A stretch of 64,000 bases of DNA from an uncultured Candidatus Saccharibacteria bacterium (GTDB lineage Bacteria > Patescibacteriota > Minisyncoccia > UBA6257 > 2-01-FULL-56-20), in contig CAYHXC010000006.1 in the NCBI GenBank assembly GCA_964360585.1, positions 8,256 through 72,255 of the forward strand, written 5' to 3'. The notes beneath the pieces were generated by a model that saw only the letters and a list, made by a program, of their open reading frames with translations, was not told the origin of the DNA and searched no databases. This document shows, in pieces, positions 28,219 to 37,618 of the stretch. The position numbers were made by a program, and so were the translations under genes. Positions within the stretch are counted from its first letter, which is position 1; every line of letters starts with the position of its first letter.

Positions 28219-28279
28219 CCACACGCACCGCCGAAGTTTTGAAATTCAAGATTGCTAAATTCGCGGAGTAGTGGAGTAG
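28218..28279 (+). pseudogene. diverged remnant of the alaS 3' end (reads ...TAEVLKFKIAKFAE* against alaS ...HTAEVLKFKIAKEEAVAAGVRRIRGVVE*)
   Basis: ~55-nt direct repeat of 27690-27782 with mostly synonymous differences (AAAATCGCCAAA vs AAGATTGCTAAA, both K-I-A-K), an internal deletion, and the shared terminal GTAGTGGAGTA(A/G). Confidence 0.6.
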
Positions 28280-28294
28280 ACAAAAAACATATCG

Positions 28295-28385
28295 CTCCTG
28301 TCATTGCGAGGAGTGAAACGACGTGGCAATCTTTATAATGTTTTACTTTAGATTGTCACGCTCTCTGCGGAGTTCGCAATGACAA
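28295..28385. repeat. REP-like palindrome (R4) with a 17-bp insertion splitting the inner GCAATCT|AGATTG palindrome
   Basis: cTGTCATTGCGAGgagtgaaacgacgtgGCAATCTttataatgttttactttAGATTGtcacgctctctgcggagtTCGCAATGACA. Confidence 0.85.
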
Positions 28386-28422
28386 AATAGAATTCGCGGT
28401 ATCGGCGGGATAACGGTATTCC

Positions 28423-29199
28423 TTATTTCTGCTCCTCCTTTGAAAAAGCTTTGACGATCGGTTCCATATTGCCATCGAGGATTTTTTCAATATTGTGGAA
28501 TTTCTTACCGATGCGGTGATCGGTGATGCGATCTTCGGGGAAGTTATAGGTACGGATCTTCTCGGCGCGTTCTGATGATCCAACCTGCTCGCGGCGAAGG
28601 CCGCCTACCTTTGCTTCAGCTTCGGATTTATTGATTTCGAAAAGCTTAGCGCGCAAGACATCCATCGCTTTTTCACGGTTGGCGTGCTGTTGCCGTTCGG
28701 TGCGGGAAGAAACGACAATACCTGTCGGTTTGTGGAGGATACGGACCGCGCTTTCGATCTTGTTCACATTCTGACCGCCCGGTCCGCCGGCGCGGGAGAA
28801 GGTAACCTCGAGTTCGTGGTCCTTGATGTCCACTTCTTTGGCTTCCACCTGGGGCATGACGATGACTGAAGCGGTCGAGGTGTGCACGCGGCCGGATCGT
28901 TCGGTTTTTGGAACACGCTGAACGCGGTGGACACCTGATTCTTGTTTTAAGGATTCATATGGCCCCGCTTGTCCTGATTTATCCTGAGCAGAGTCGAAGG
29001 AGCTGGTCGAAGGACTGCCGACCACTTCGGCGATCAAGGTTTTAAATCCGCCTTGGGTGTTTTCACTGGAGTCGATGACGCTGAACTTCCAGCCTTTGAT
29101 TTGGGCATACCGTTGGTACATCCGGGCCAGGTCGCCGGCAAAAAGCCCAGCCTCGTCGCCGCCCGTCCCAGCTCTAATTTCTAAAATAACTTTATTCAT
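28423..29199 (-). CDS. prfA: peptide chain release factor 1 homolog lacking N-terminal domain 1
   Basis: Starts at [24 protein letters not shown], equivalent to E. coli RF1 residue ~110. [17 protein letters not shown] carries the PxT-region and GGQ is present ([13 protein letters not shown]). 258 aa versus ~360. Confidence 0.8.
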   Translation of the reverse strand: MNKVILEIRAGTGGDEAGLFAGDLARMYQRYAQIKGWKFSVIDSSENTQGGFKTLIAEVVGSPSTSSFDSAQDKSGQAGPYESLKQESGVHRVQRVPKTERSGRVHTSTASVIVMPQVEAKEVDIKDHELEVTFSRAGGPGGQNVNKIESAVRILHKPTGIVVSSRTERQQHANREKAMDVLRAKLFEINKSEAEAKVGGLRREQVGSSERAEKIRTYNFPEDRITDHRIGKKFHNIEKILDGNMEPIVKAFSKEEQK

Positions 29200-29270
29200 A
29201 ATTGAAATGGGACGAGGCTCGCCTTGAGGCGGCCGGTTCCCGCCCTTACTTCCAAAATGAGTTTGTTCAT
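29196..29270 (-). pseudogene. diverged tandem copy of the prfA 5' end, forming a 24-codon upstream ORF ([24 protein letters not shown]) whose TGA overlaps the prfA ATG
   Basis: ATGAACAAACTCATTTTGGAAGTAAGGGCGGGAACCGGC matches ATGAATAAAGTTATTTTAGAAATTAGAGCTGGGACGGGC of the gene. Most differences fall at third codon positions. Confidence 0.55.
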
Positions 29271-29344
29271 GGATGCCCCTATTGTACGGTAGAAACTACC
29301 CGATCAGCAATAGGAATAAAAAAATCCCATGCACATGCCTGGGA

Positions 29345-29737
29345 TTATAATTCAGTATCTAGAAAGATCGGACGCTTCTTTATGGGGGCGATAAGTTTCT
29401 GGATTTCCGGGCGTAGAACTTCGTAATCGAACCCCAAGACATCACAGACATTTCGGAAAGCGAAAGGCCAGCTTCTGTCGTCAGAGAGTACCCATTCCAA
29501 GGCTTCTTGTTGTATTGCTTGTTTTTTTCGTACTGGTCCAACCTCAACTACTTTTCCTCCGATAGCATTAAGGGCGTCCTCTAGAACAGCCACGCACAGC
29601 ATGTAGCAAGGCGTCTCCTTAGGTGAGAGATCAAACCACTGTTCTGGAAGAAGAATGACTGGAACAAAGAGCCTCAGATGCCAATCTTGGTGATTGTATC
29701 GCTCAATCGCGATGCTGATTGTTTTCCTATTCGCCAT
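29345..29737 (-). CDS. hypothetical protein
   Basis: ORF track. No family recognised. Confidence 0.45.
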   Translation of the reverse strand: MANRKTISIAIERYNHQDWHLRLFVPVILLPEQWFDLSPKETPCYMLCVAVLEDALNAIGGKVVEVGPVRKKQAIQQEALEWVLSDDRSWPFAFRNVCDVLGFDYEVLRPEIQKLIAPIKKRPIFLDTEL

Positions 29738-29841
29738 ACACCATCCACCCCCGCATGATTAATAACTTTTCGTATTTTGCATCTATCGTTTTATCTTGTC
29801 AACATTTACTTTCTCTTTTTTTCTTGTGCTACAATAAACAT

Positions 29842-30231
29842 ATGACTGAGTCACCCCTCGTCCTGATTGTAGATGACGAACAGAACTTCAGAGATATTAT
29901 TTCGGCGGTTTTAGGGGCGAGCGGTTTTCGGATAGCGACGGCGGCGAATGGTGAGGAGGCCTTAGCTCGAGTGGAGGAAAGTAAGCCGGACCTTATCTTG
30001 CTGGACATGAAGATGCCAGTGATGGATGGGGCGACGATGCTGACCAGGCTGAAAGAAAAGGAAGGGCTAAAGGACATCAAGGTTTTGTTTTTGAGCAGTT
30101 TTGGTGATGCGCGAGAAGGGGCACACAACGCTGATCAGCACTTTGCCAAAGAAATGGGCGCGATCGACTATATTAATAAGACTGAAATTGATACGCAGTT
30201 AATTCCGAAGATAAAAGCTCTTTTTGGATAA
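29842..30231 (+). CDS. single-domain response regulator (CheY-like receiver only)
   Basis: LIVDDEQNFRDII...DLILLDMKMPVMDG...KVLFLSS carries the phospho-acceptor Asp context. No output domain. Confidence 0.75.
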   Translation: MTESPLVLIVDDEQNFRDIISAVLGASGFRIATAANGEEALARVEESKPDLILLDMKMPVMDGATMLTRLKEKEGLKDIKVLFLSSFGDAREGAHNADQHFAKEMGAIDYINKTEIDTQLIPKIKALFG

Positions 30232-30234
30232 CTT

Positions 30235-30876
30235 ATGAGTGAAGAAAAGACTATCCTTATCGTAGACGACGAGCCTACTTTTAAAGAAATTATCGGAACG
30301 CAACTTAAGGCGCTTGGTTTAAAAGTGGTAACAGCGGCAACTGGCGCGGAGGCAATCGCAAAAGCGGAGAAAGTTCAGCCCGACTTGATCTTGATGGATA
30401 TTCATCTTGGCGAAAAAGAAACGGGGACCGATGTGGCGCTTTCGATGAAACAGAATGAAAAGACGCGTAATCTACGAGTTGCTTTTTTGACCAGTTTGAA
30501 AGAACCCTGGCCAGGAGTGGCCGGGGACAATCAAAAAGTGGCGAAGGAGATTGGAATGGAAGATTATCTCTTGAAGACCGACGACCCGCAGATTACTGGC
30601 GAACGAGTACGTCGGATTTTGGAAGGACAGTCAGTAGAGACACCTTTGCAATCTACGGTTCCTGTTCCGCCGCAAAGTACTCCAGTGCCTGTTCCTCCTC
30701 CGACAGTATCAGCCGAACCGGTGCCTGCGCCATCAATAACGCCTATAGCGCCACCAATTTCAAGCGAGCTTAATGCATCAGCTGTTTCGCCGGTCGCAGT
30801 AGTTTCCGAAATCCCACCAGCTCCAAGTGCCTTGCCTGATAGTTTAGTCCCGCCGGTGATTTTGAAAATTGATTAG
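30235..30876 (+). CDS. response regulator receiver domain with a Pro/Val-rich C-terminal tail
   Basis: ILIVDDEPTFKEII...DLILMDIHLGEKETG, followed by about 90 aa of P/V/S-rich low complexity. Confidence 0.75.
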   Translation: MSEEKTILIVDDEPTFKEIIGTQLKALGLKVVTAATGAEAIAKAEKVQPDLILMDIHLGEKETGTDVALSMKQNEKTRNLRVAFLTSLKEPWPGVAGDNQKVAKEIGMEDYLLKTDDPQITGERVRRILEGQSVETPLQSTVPVPPQSTPVPVPPPTVSAEPVPAPSITPIAPPISSELNASAVSPVAVVSEIPPAPSALPDSLVPPVILKID

Positions 30877-31232
30877 AACCCATGTCTCGGTGTGTCGTTG
30901 CAGGTTCGTTGCACATTGACCTTGTTGCTGTTGCGGTAGGATGGCGGCAGAATCGAATTGGGGCCAGAGCAACGGTCCCGGGCGGGTCTTCTTCTGTTGA
31001 TCGTGATTCCTCCTTTCTCGCTGGATCGCGGGAAGATTCCGTCCTCAATCCTCGACCCTCACGCTTTACGTGAGGGTCGCATTCGTTTAAGGTTGGAAGA
31101 TAATGAATCCCTGCACCCAATGAGAAAAGCAGCAATCTAGATCGTGACTAATTTAACGCAAGTAATTTCGAAAAAGTCGCCAGTTTCTGGAGAATTTTGC
31201 CGCCTGTGCGGCTATTTCTCATTGGGTGAGGG

Positions 31233-31946
31233 ATGAAACTGCATCGATTTATTGGGGATTTTGATCTCAAGAAATCGACAGTTGAGATTTTCGATCCAAA
31301 ACTAATCCATCAGATGACGAAGGTTTTGCGTTTCAAAAAAGGAAGTCAGTTAATCCTCGGAGACGGCCGAGGAGGAGAGGCTTTGGGAGAAATTAGGAAG
31401 ATTAGTCCGACTTCAGTCCTTGTCTCGCTCCAGAAGAAAAATCATACAAAAGAAAACGCAAGTGTGAGTTTGTACGTTGCACTTCTGAAGCGCGAGAATT
31501 TTGAGTGGGTGGCGCAAAAAGCCACGGAGATAGGCGTCTCGGAAATTATTCCGCTTCAGACCGAACGAGTGGTGAAGCAAGGCCTGAAAGAAGATCGAAT
31601 CAGAAAGATTATCCAAGAAGCGGTCGAGCAATCTGGTCATCGAACGATTCCAGAGTTGTTGCCGATAATGAAATTTGAGGATGCGTTACAACGAAGTAAA
31701 GATTCGAGTAGTCGTTGGTTTTTTGATCAGTTGGGAAAATCGTTCAGTAACGCCAAGAAAAGTAAAAAGGGGAGCGTGAGTATTTTTATTGGTCCAGAAG
31801 GTGGTTGGACAGAAAAAGAAAAAAGTATGGCCAAGAAATCTGGCTTGGAAATTGTTTCTTTAGAAAATTTCACACTGCGCGCGGAAACCGCTGCAATCAT
31901 TGGAGTATTTATGGCTAGTAGTTTAAAATATAAAAAAGGTAAATAA
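31233..31946 (+). CDS. rsmE: 16S rRNA (uracil1498-N3)-methyltransferase
   Basis: RsmE family layout with the C-terminal IFIGPEGGWTEKE motif. Confidence 0.8.
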   Translation: MKLHRFIGDFDLKKSTVEIFDPKLIHQMTKVLRFKKGSQLILGDGRGGEALGEIRKISPTSVLVSLQKKNHTKENASVSLYVALLKRENFEWVAQKATEIGVSEIIPLQTERVVKQGLKEDRIRKIIQEAVEQSGHRTIPELLPIMKFEDALQRSKDSSSRWFFDQLGKSFSNAKKSKKGSVSIFIGPEGGWTEKEKSMAKKSGLEIVSLENFTLRAETAAIIGVFMASSLKYKKGK

Positions 31947-31952
31947 ACATAG

Positions 31953-32384
31953 ATGCAAAGAACTATTTTGTTTGCAGTGCTCTCCTTAGTAATTTGGGGA
32001 ATAATCGTTTCTCCTGGGTTAGCTGCAGTGTCTCGTGATGTATCGTTATTTCAATGTAGTACTTTCGGTATCATGTTTGTTGCCCTTATAGTGGCTATAA
32101 GTGTTACTCAAGAAGTCTCAAAAAAACTCCTCAAGTATCTATTAATTTACCAAACGATTGCCTTGATAGTAGGGTTTTTACTAGTTGGATCTTCGCCGTC
32201 GTCAAGGATTGGAGAATTTTTATCCGCTCTAGTTTTTGTGAGTGTTCCTATGTTATCTCCGTCAGCATTATTTTTATCGTATAAACTTAAAAGGTTTTTG
32301 ATTCCGGAAGTTGTATTACTGGCCGTTTGGATTAGTTTGGTCTCGCTACTCAGGGGTTATTTCTCAATGATTGCTCCCTGGTAA
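31953..32384 (+). CDS. hypothetical polytopic membrane protein
   Basis: ORF track. Four predicted TM helices. Confidence 0.45.
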   Translation: MQRTILFAVLSLVIWGIIVSPGLAAVSRDVSLFQCSTFGIMFVALIVAISVTQEVSKKLLKYLLIYQTIALIVGFLLVGSSPSSRIGEFLSALVFVSVPMLSPSALFLSYKLKRFLIPEVVLLAVWISLVSLLRGYFSMIAPW

Positions 32385-32432
32385 TTTAACCGCATAAAAT
32401 TAGAAGGTATTTAGCTACCGCTTGTAATTACT

Positions 32433-33458
32433 ATGGCCAAAGAGTATTTAAGCCAGTACGATTTTGATTTTTCAGAAGAACTGATTGCTCAAAAACCAAC
32501 CTCGCCTCGCGATGCGGCGCGGTTGATGATCTATGATCGGAAGAAAAAGCGAGTGGCTTTAGATACGTTCGCATCGCTTGAAAAATATTTGCCACCGCGT
32601 TCTGTGCTCGTTATTAACGAAACCAAGGTTTTGCCAGCTCGATTAGAGGTCAAAAAAGAAACTGGCGGAAAGGTAGAGCTGCTTTTCCTAAAGAAAGATA
32701 AAAATGCATGGCAAGTCCTCGCGGATCGAAAAATAAACGTAGATCAAAAACTAATCTTGAATAAAGAGCATTCTTTTAAGGTTATGGGCCAGAAAGAATC
32801 CATCTTTTATCTCAAGCCATCATTTTCGATCGCGAAAACGGAGCACATTTTGGAACGGTTTGGGAAAACGCCACTCCCACCCTATATAAAACACTCGCCG
32901 CTTTCAGAGCAGAAACTGCGGATAGAGTATCAGAGTGTTTTTGCCAAAACGGCGGGGTCGGTAGCGGCGCCCACGGCTTCGCTTCATTTGACCAAGCGGT
33001 TAATGATGAAGATAGTAAGAACGCATGCTATCAAACGTCTTACTTTGCATGTCGGTTTAGGCACGTTTGCTTCGGTTACCGATCGCCAGTTGCGACAAGG
33101 AAAACTGCATCGTGAGCGCTATGAAATTGATCGCACGACCGCTCTTTTTTTGAACCAAGCCAAGCGTGAAGGGAGACCGATCATAGCAGTGGGAACTACC
33201 GTTCTTCGAACTCTAGAATCGGCTACTCGCGGGAAGAACTTAAAAAAACTTTCCGGAGAAACTGATCTCTTTATTCGAGAAGGATACCGTTTTCAGTTTG
33301 TTGATGGTTTGATTACCAACTTTCATGTGCCTCAATCGAGCCTCCTGATGTTGGTCTCGGCCTTCGCTTCGCGAGGAGTAGTGAGGAAACTCTATCGTCT
33401 GGCAATTGCCCAGAAATTCAGACTATTTTCTTTCGGAGACGGTATGTTTATTCGCTAG
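32433..33458 (+). CDS. queA: S-adenosylmethionine:tRNA ribosyltransferase-isomerase
   Basis: YDFDFSEELIAQKPTSPRDAARLM...LVINETKVLPARL...HVGLGTF...AVGTTVLRTLES. Confidence 0.9.
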   Translation: MAKEYLSQYDFDFSEELIAQKPTSPRDAARLMIYDRKKKRVALDTFASLEKYLPPRSVLVINETKVLPARLEVKKETGGKVELLFLKKDKNAWQVLADRKINVDQKLILNKEHSFKVMGQKESIFYLKPSFSIAKTEHILERFGKTPLPPYIKHSPLSEQKLRIEYQSVFAKTAGSVAAPTASLHLTKRLMMKIVRTHAIKRLTLHVGLGTFASVTDRQLRQGKLHRERYEIDRTTALFLNQAKREGRPIIAVGTTVLRTLESATRGKNLKKLSGETDLFIREGYRFQFVDGLITNFHVPQSSLLMLVSAFASRGVVRKLYRLAIAQKFRLFSFGDGMFIR

Positions 33459-33513
33459 ATGGTCTAGTGGGGGTGGTGTATAATAACAATGTCGAAAAAA
33501 ATCTATAATTAAT

Positions 33514-34332
33514 ATGAGCGATTACAAAAATAAGTTAGCCATAGTGTTCGCCTTAGCGGCCTTAGGTTTGACCTATGCCGCTATATCGTTTTCAGGAGCG
33601 TATGCCCGTTCAATTCAGCCATCGTCGTTTCGCAGTTTTGCGGTCTCCGGTGAAGGCAAAGTGGTAGCCGTACCGGATGTGGCCCAGTTTTCGTTTAGCG
33701 TGACGACCGAAGGCGGTAAGGATTTAGCCAAGATCAATACCGACAACACGAATCAGTACAATAAGGTTGTCGAGTTTGTGAAATCAAAAGGCGTGACCAA
33801 GGAAGATATCGAAACGACCGAGAGCAGTATCAACCCACGGTATCAGACCTACAACTGTTATCAGCCGCCTGTTATCTATCAGGGGGGAGCGGCAGTTGGC
33901 GCTCCGACTCGTGCTTGTCCGCCAGCAGAAATTGTTGGTTATACAGTAACCAAGAGCGTTTCTGTAAAGATCCGCGATTTTACTAAGATTGGTGAAATTA
34001 TGGGTGGGGTAGTTAGCAACGGAGCAAATCAGGTTGGCGGTCTGAATTTCCAAATTGACGATCGTAGCAAGGTGGAAAATGATGCCCGCGGAAAAGCGAT
34101 TGCCCAAGCTAAGGAAAAAGCAAAGTCAGTGGCTAAGGCCGGCGGCTTCCGTTTGGGACGGTTGCTCGCCATTGAAGAAGGAGCAATGCCTTATTACTAT
34201 GGCCGAGAAACATATGCCAAAGATATGGCTATGGGAATGGGAGCAGTGGCGCCATCGGTTCCGAGCGCCTCGATTGAACCAGGTTCCGACAAGGTAATCA
34301 TCAACGTGACCTTGCGATACGAAATAGACTAG
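33514..34332 (+). CDS. SIMPL/DUF541 (YggE-like) periplasmic protein
   Basis: Signal peptide, then GYTVTKSVSVKIRDFTKIGEIM...GLNFQIDD...ARGKAIAQAKEKAKSVAKAGGFRLGRLLAIEEG, the DUF541 signature. Confidence 0.75.
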   Translation: MSDYKNKLAIVFALAALGLTYAAISFSGAYARSIQPSSFRSFAVSGEGKVVAVPDVAQFSFSVTTEGGKDLAKINTDNTNQYNKVVEFVKSKGVTKEDIETTESSINPRYQTYNCYQPPVIYQGGAAVGAPTRACPPAEIVGYTVTKSVSVKIRDFTKIGEIMGGVVSNGANQVGGLNFQIDDRSKVENDARGKAIAQAKEKAKSVAKAGGFRLGRLLAIEEGAMPYYYGRETYAKDMAMGMGAVAPSVPSASIEPGSDKVIINVTLRYEID

Positions 34333-34413
34333 CACTCGCCATTCATTTCTGGCCACGATCCCAAAGGCATAGTGGCCAGAGAATGAACAGCTCACATGGT
34401 GTAACTTAAGGTG

Positions 34414-34445
34414 GCTCCCGAATATTCGGGAGCTTTGAGTTTTAT
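34414..34445 (+). terminator. rho-independent terminator
   Basis: GCTCCCGAATATTCGGGAGC followed by TTTGAGTTTTAT. Confidence 0.7.
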
Positions 34446-34569
34446 ATTCAAGGGCATAGTTGGCGAATAACTCGTATTTTACTGAATGTACAAAATTCCT
34501 CGTTGTGAAGTTTTGTTTTTGACGAGAATTATAAAATAGAGTATACAGTGTATAGAAAGGAGCGCCTTT

Positions 34570-34887
34570 ATGCCAAAGCGCTGGTACTCAATTGAATTTG
34601 TGCTTCGTAGCCGAGCTGGGCTTTCTAGTTCGCAGCCGCCACACGAGGAGAAAATCTATCTGCGGGTCAAATTGACTAGCCCACAAGAAGCTCAACCCAT
34701 AGTTAAAGCAATGTCAGACTTTTACTCCAGTCGCGGTTGGGAATCCTGTGTGGCTTCGCTTTACATTCGTCGAGGTTCCCGCTCAGAATTCTTGTGCGGG
34801 TGGATGCGAGCCTTCATGGGTGACTATGAAACACCATGGCGGAAAACGGCTTTAGCGACAGCTTTTCCCGGAGCGGTTTTCCTATAG
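34570..34887 (+). CDS. hypothetical protein
   Basis: TTGACG-N17-TATACA promoter at ~34516-34545, then the ORF. Confidence 0.35.
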   Translation: MPKRWYSIEFVLRSRAGLSSSQPPHEEKIYLRVKLTSPQEAQPIVKAMSDFYSSRGWESCVASLYIRRGSRSEFLCGWMRAFMGDYETPWRKTALATAFPGAVFL

Positions 34888-34923
34888 CACCTACAGTAAG
34901 CCTTCAAACTCCTGAGGGCTTTT

Positions 34924-35973
34924 TTATTGTGGGAGGCTTTCTAAGAGCTTCAAAACTTTTTCGTTGCGAATCAAAAGTTCAACATAGGAGTGGAGCTGAT
35001 CGAGGGTGGCCTGGGGATGGGATTTTTTAAGACGAGCCACTTCCTCTTCGACTTCATCTTCAGGCGCTTCGATCTTTTCGGCGAGAGCAATATCCTCAAG
35101 AAGAAAACGAAGTTTCATCTGATCTTCGATCTGCTGTTCTTTTTCTTTACGGAACTCCTCGGCGGTCTTGTTGAGTTTTTTGGCGTACTCGTCGAGCGTG
35201 AGATTCGCGTCCTTCAAGTCGCCATCAATCCGAGCGAAGCTCGAAGCGACCTCGTCTTCTAAAATTTCCTTAGGAAGCACGAGCGTGCTGGCCGCGATCA
35301 GGTTTTTCGCAAATTTTTCTCGTTTATCGCGCGCCGCTTCTGTTTTTTTCTGCGACAGCATATCCTCGCGAATTTTGGATTTGAAATCGCTAACATTTTC
35401 GAAGGGGCCGAGTTTTTTGACCAGTTCATCGGTGAGCTCAACGGGGGTGGTATTCCCCTCGCTCTCCTTTACATCTCGATTCCGTATCTTCGATTCCATC
35501 TCGAGAATTTGCTTAATGAATGATTCTACCTCCTCATCTTTCAGTTCGGGAGGAATATCGCCGCCGAATGATCGCGTGGCGATTTTTTTATAATCAGGCA
35601 GTTTCGCTTCGGGTCGGACGATAATCTCCGCCGTGAAACCCATGGGGTTTTTGGGGGCCAACTTTGTGATGCTGATATTGGGCGGTGTGAGCGGCTGTAA
35701 GTCGTGGTCGCGAATAATCTCCGGATAGGCTTTGCGAAGTGTTGTTTCCGCGGCTTCCTCCAAGAGATGTCCCTGGTTCACGCGGGCAAGAAAAATATTC
35801 TCAGGCACGTGACCCTTCCTAAATCCTGGCGCCTCAAACTCCCGGCGAAAGCGCTCGATCGTTTCTTCAAAACACTGGTTAAAAAAGTCTTCGGTCGCCT
35901 CGCCTTCAATCGAAACGCGGGAATCAGCCAGTTTTTTAATTTTAATTTTTTGGTATATCTTTGATTCGGACAT
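34924..35973 (-). CDS. tig: trigger factor (short form)
   Basis: N-terminal ribosome-binding region with FRKGHVP (GFRxGxxP signature). 349 aa from the second Met. Confidence 0.8.
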   Translation of the reverse strand: MSESKIYQKIKIKKLADSRVSIEGEATEDFFNQCFEETIERFRREFEAPGFRKGHVPENIFLARVNQGHLLEEAAETTLRKAYPEIIRDHDLQPLTPPNISITKLAPKNPMGFTAEIIVRPEAKLPDYKKIATRSFGGDIPPELKDEEVESFIKQILEMESKIRNRDVKESEGNTTPVELTDELVKKLGPFENVSDFKSKIREDMLSQKKTEAARDKREKFAKNLIAASTLVLPKEILEDEVASSFARIDGDLKDANLTLDEYAKKLNKTAEEFRKEKEQQIEDQMKLRFLLEDIALAEKIEAPEDEVEEEVARLKKSHPQATLDQLHSYVELLIRNEKVLKLLESLPQ

Positions 35974-35975
35974 AA

Positions 35976-36485
35976 TTAGAGGTGGATAATGATGTTTTGC
36001 AGTTCGTAGGCCAGACCGGTCGCTACAAGAATAATAGCAATCTGGACTGGTATCCCGACGTACCACTCTTGGATTCTTGTTTTGGCATGGATGCCGACGT
36101 GAAATTTTTGAAGCGATGTTAACGGTTCGCGTCGCGTTTTCCAGTAGAGAAACTGGAGGGGATCGGGGAGAATACCAAAGAATGCTCCGCCCAAGAGAAG
36201 CCAGGGATTGTATGAAGGAGAGTAGAAAAGAAGATATCCGAGGAACATGCCTAAGCCGAAATCCACGGCTATTTTTGCAATATCCACTCCGGATTTCCGG
36301 GTGATGACGAAGTCACTCATTAAGGGATTCAGAGCTTTTTTCATTGAGTGGGTGTGATAATCCCAATGAGGAATGGCGTCCGAAAGGAAGTGACTGAGGA
36401 AAGCGGCCGTCCAGGCGATGGGGTAGCTTCCTGGGAGGAGAGAGGCAGTGGCTGCTCCTAAAATACCGTGCGTTGTGAGCGTCAT
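35976..36485 (-). CDS. membrane-bound metal-dependent hydrolase-like protein (YdjM/DUF457-like)
   Basis: Polytopic, with an N-terminal H/D-rich region (LSHFLSDAIPHWDYHTH). Family assignment is tentative. Confidence 0.45.
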   Translation of the reverse strand: MTLTTHGILGAATASLLPGSYPIAWTAAFLSHFLSDAIPHWDYHTHSMKKALNPLMSDFVITRKSGVDIAKIAVDFGLGMFLGYLLFYSPSYNPWLLLGGAFFGILPDPLQFLYWKTRREPLTSLQKFHVGIHAKTRIQEWYVGIPVQIAIILVATGLAYELQNIIIHL

Positions 36486-36532
36486 ACAGAAAAAAAGAGT
36501 ACCTTATTTAAGAGTTTGGTACAATAGTTATC

Positions 36533-36859
36533 ATGATATCTTTTGATGAATTTAAGAAGGTGGAGTTGCGAGTGGGAAAGGTTCTCACGGCTGAGCGAGT
36601 TGAGGGTTCGGATAAACTCCTCAAGCTGAGCGTTGATATGGGCAGTGAGAAACGGCAGATCGTTTCCGGAATCGGGAAATACTATGAGCCGGAAGCGCTC
36701 GTCGATACGTTTGTAACGATCGTGACCAATCTTGAACCGCGCATGCTGATGGGCTTGGAAAGCCAGGGAATGATTCTCGCCTCTGGCGGACATGAGGGGG
36801 TTACGCTTTCGTTAATCCGTCCCGACAAAGATATGCCTACGGGGAGTAGTATTAGTTGA
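36533..36859 (+). CDS. tRNA-binding domain protein (CsaA/Trbp111/EMAP-II-like OB fold)
   Basis: FKKVELRVGKVLTAERVEGSDKLLKLSVDMGSEKRQIVSGI...LMGLESQGMILA. Confidence 0.8.
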   Translation: MISFDEFKKVELRVGKVLTAERVEGSDKLLKLSVDMGSEKRQIVSGIGKYYEPEALVDTFVTIVTNLEPRMLMGLESQGMILASGGHEGVTLSLIRPDKDMPTGSSIS

Positions 36860-36860
36860 T

Positions 36861-37508
36861 ATGACGTTGCTTCCTTTTCTAACTTGGCTTACCGTTTGGT
36901 TGCCGCCCGCATACCATTTCGCCGGTTTTTTGGTTGTTGCGGGGTTATTTTGGCGGAGGGAAAAGCTAGGGGAGCGGTACATTACGTTTCTTTCTTTCGC
37001 CGGTTTTTTTGTTTTGGGTTGCCGGATTTTTTATGCAGGACTGCTTTCCTATGTCCAGTACCTTGTCTGGATCAAAGATCCGGTCGGTTCGATTTTACTT
37101 GCGACGCCGGTAGTCAAAGCGGGAAATTTTGCTTTCTTGGAAGGTAAGGTTGGATATTTTATCATATACATCCTCCAACACTACTGGCTGAATGCGTTTC
37201 TTTCCTTGCTTTTAGCGATTACGTTCTATCTTTTTTTAAAATCCCTGAAGAAGTACCGAGAGCGTTTTTTTGATGTAGGGGAAACTCGATTGGGAGGAAT
37301 ACTGGCGCTTCTCGCCGGTTGGCCGAATGGTTTTGTGTTCATTGCTCTTAGCTTCATTTTTGTTGTTATCATCGCGAGTTTGCGGATGACTCTACAAAAG
37401 GAACGATTTACCACTTTGGGGCTACCCTTCCTCCTCGCCGCCTTCACAGTTTTAGTACTGGGCGACATCTTTGCTGCGTATACGGGTCTTGCCGTGCTGA
37501 ATATCTAA
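36861..37508 (+). CDS. polytopic membrane protein with weak resemblance to prepilin peptidase A24 (catalytic Asp not evident)
   Basis: GETRLGGILALLAGW resembles the GDVKLLAALGAW motif only loosely. Confidence 0.4.
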   Translation: MTLLPFLTWLTVWLPPAYHFAGFLVVAGLFWRREKLGERYITFLSFAGFFVLGCRIFYAGLLSYVQYLVWIKDPVGSILLATPVVKAGNFAFLEGKVGYFIIYILQHYWLNAFLSLLLAITFYLFLKSLKKYRERFFDVGETRLGGILALLAGWPNGFVFIALSFIFVVIIASLRMTLQKERFTTLGLPFLLAAFTVLVLGDIFAAYTGLAVLNI

Positions 37509-37618
37509 GTCGTGTATAATTATGGTATGAATCCCGTTAGAAGCCTAGAATTTAAAAAACAAGTCGAGTACAAAATCATAACTGGCAAAGTACGCGTAGT
37601 TGCTTTGCTTCTAACGGG

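Noticed and set aside
27690-28279. alaS direct repeat as a diversity-generating retroelement TR/VR pair
   Set aside because: Substitutions are not adenine-specific and are largely synonymous. No reverse transcriptase is in the window.
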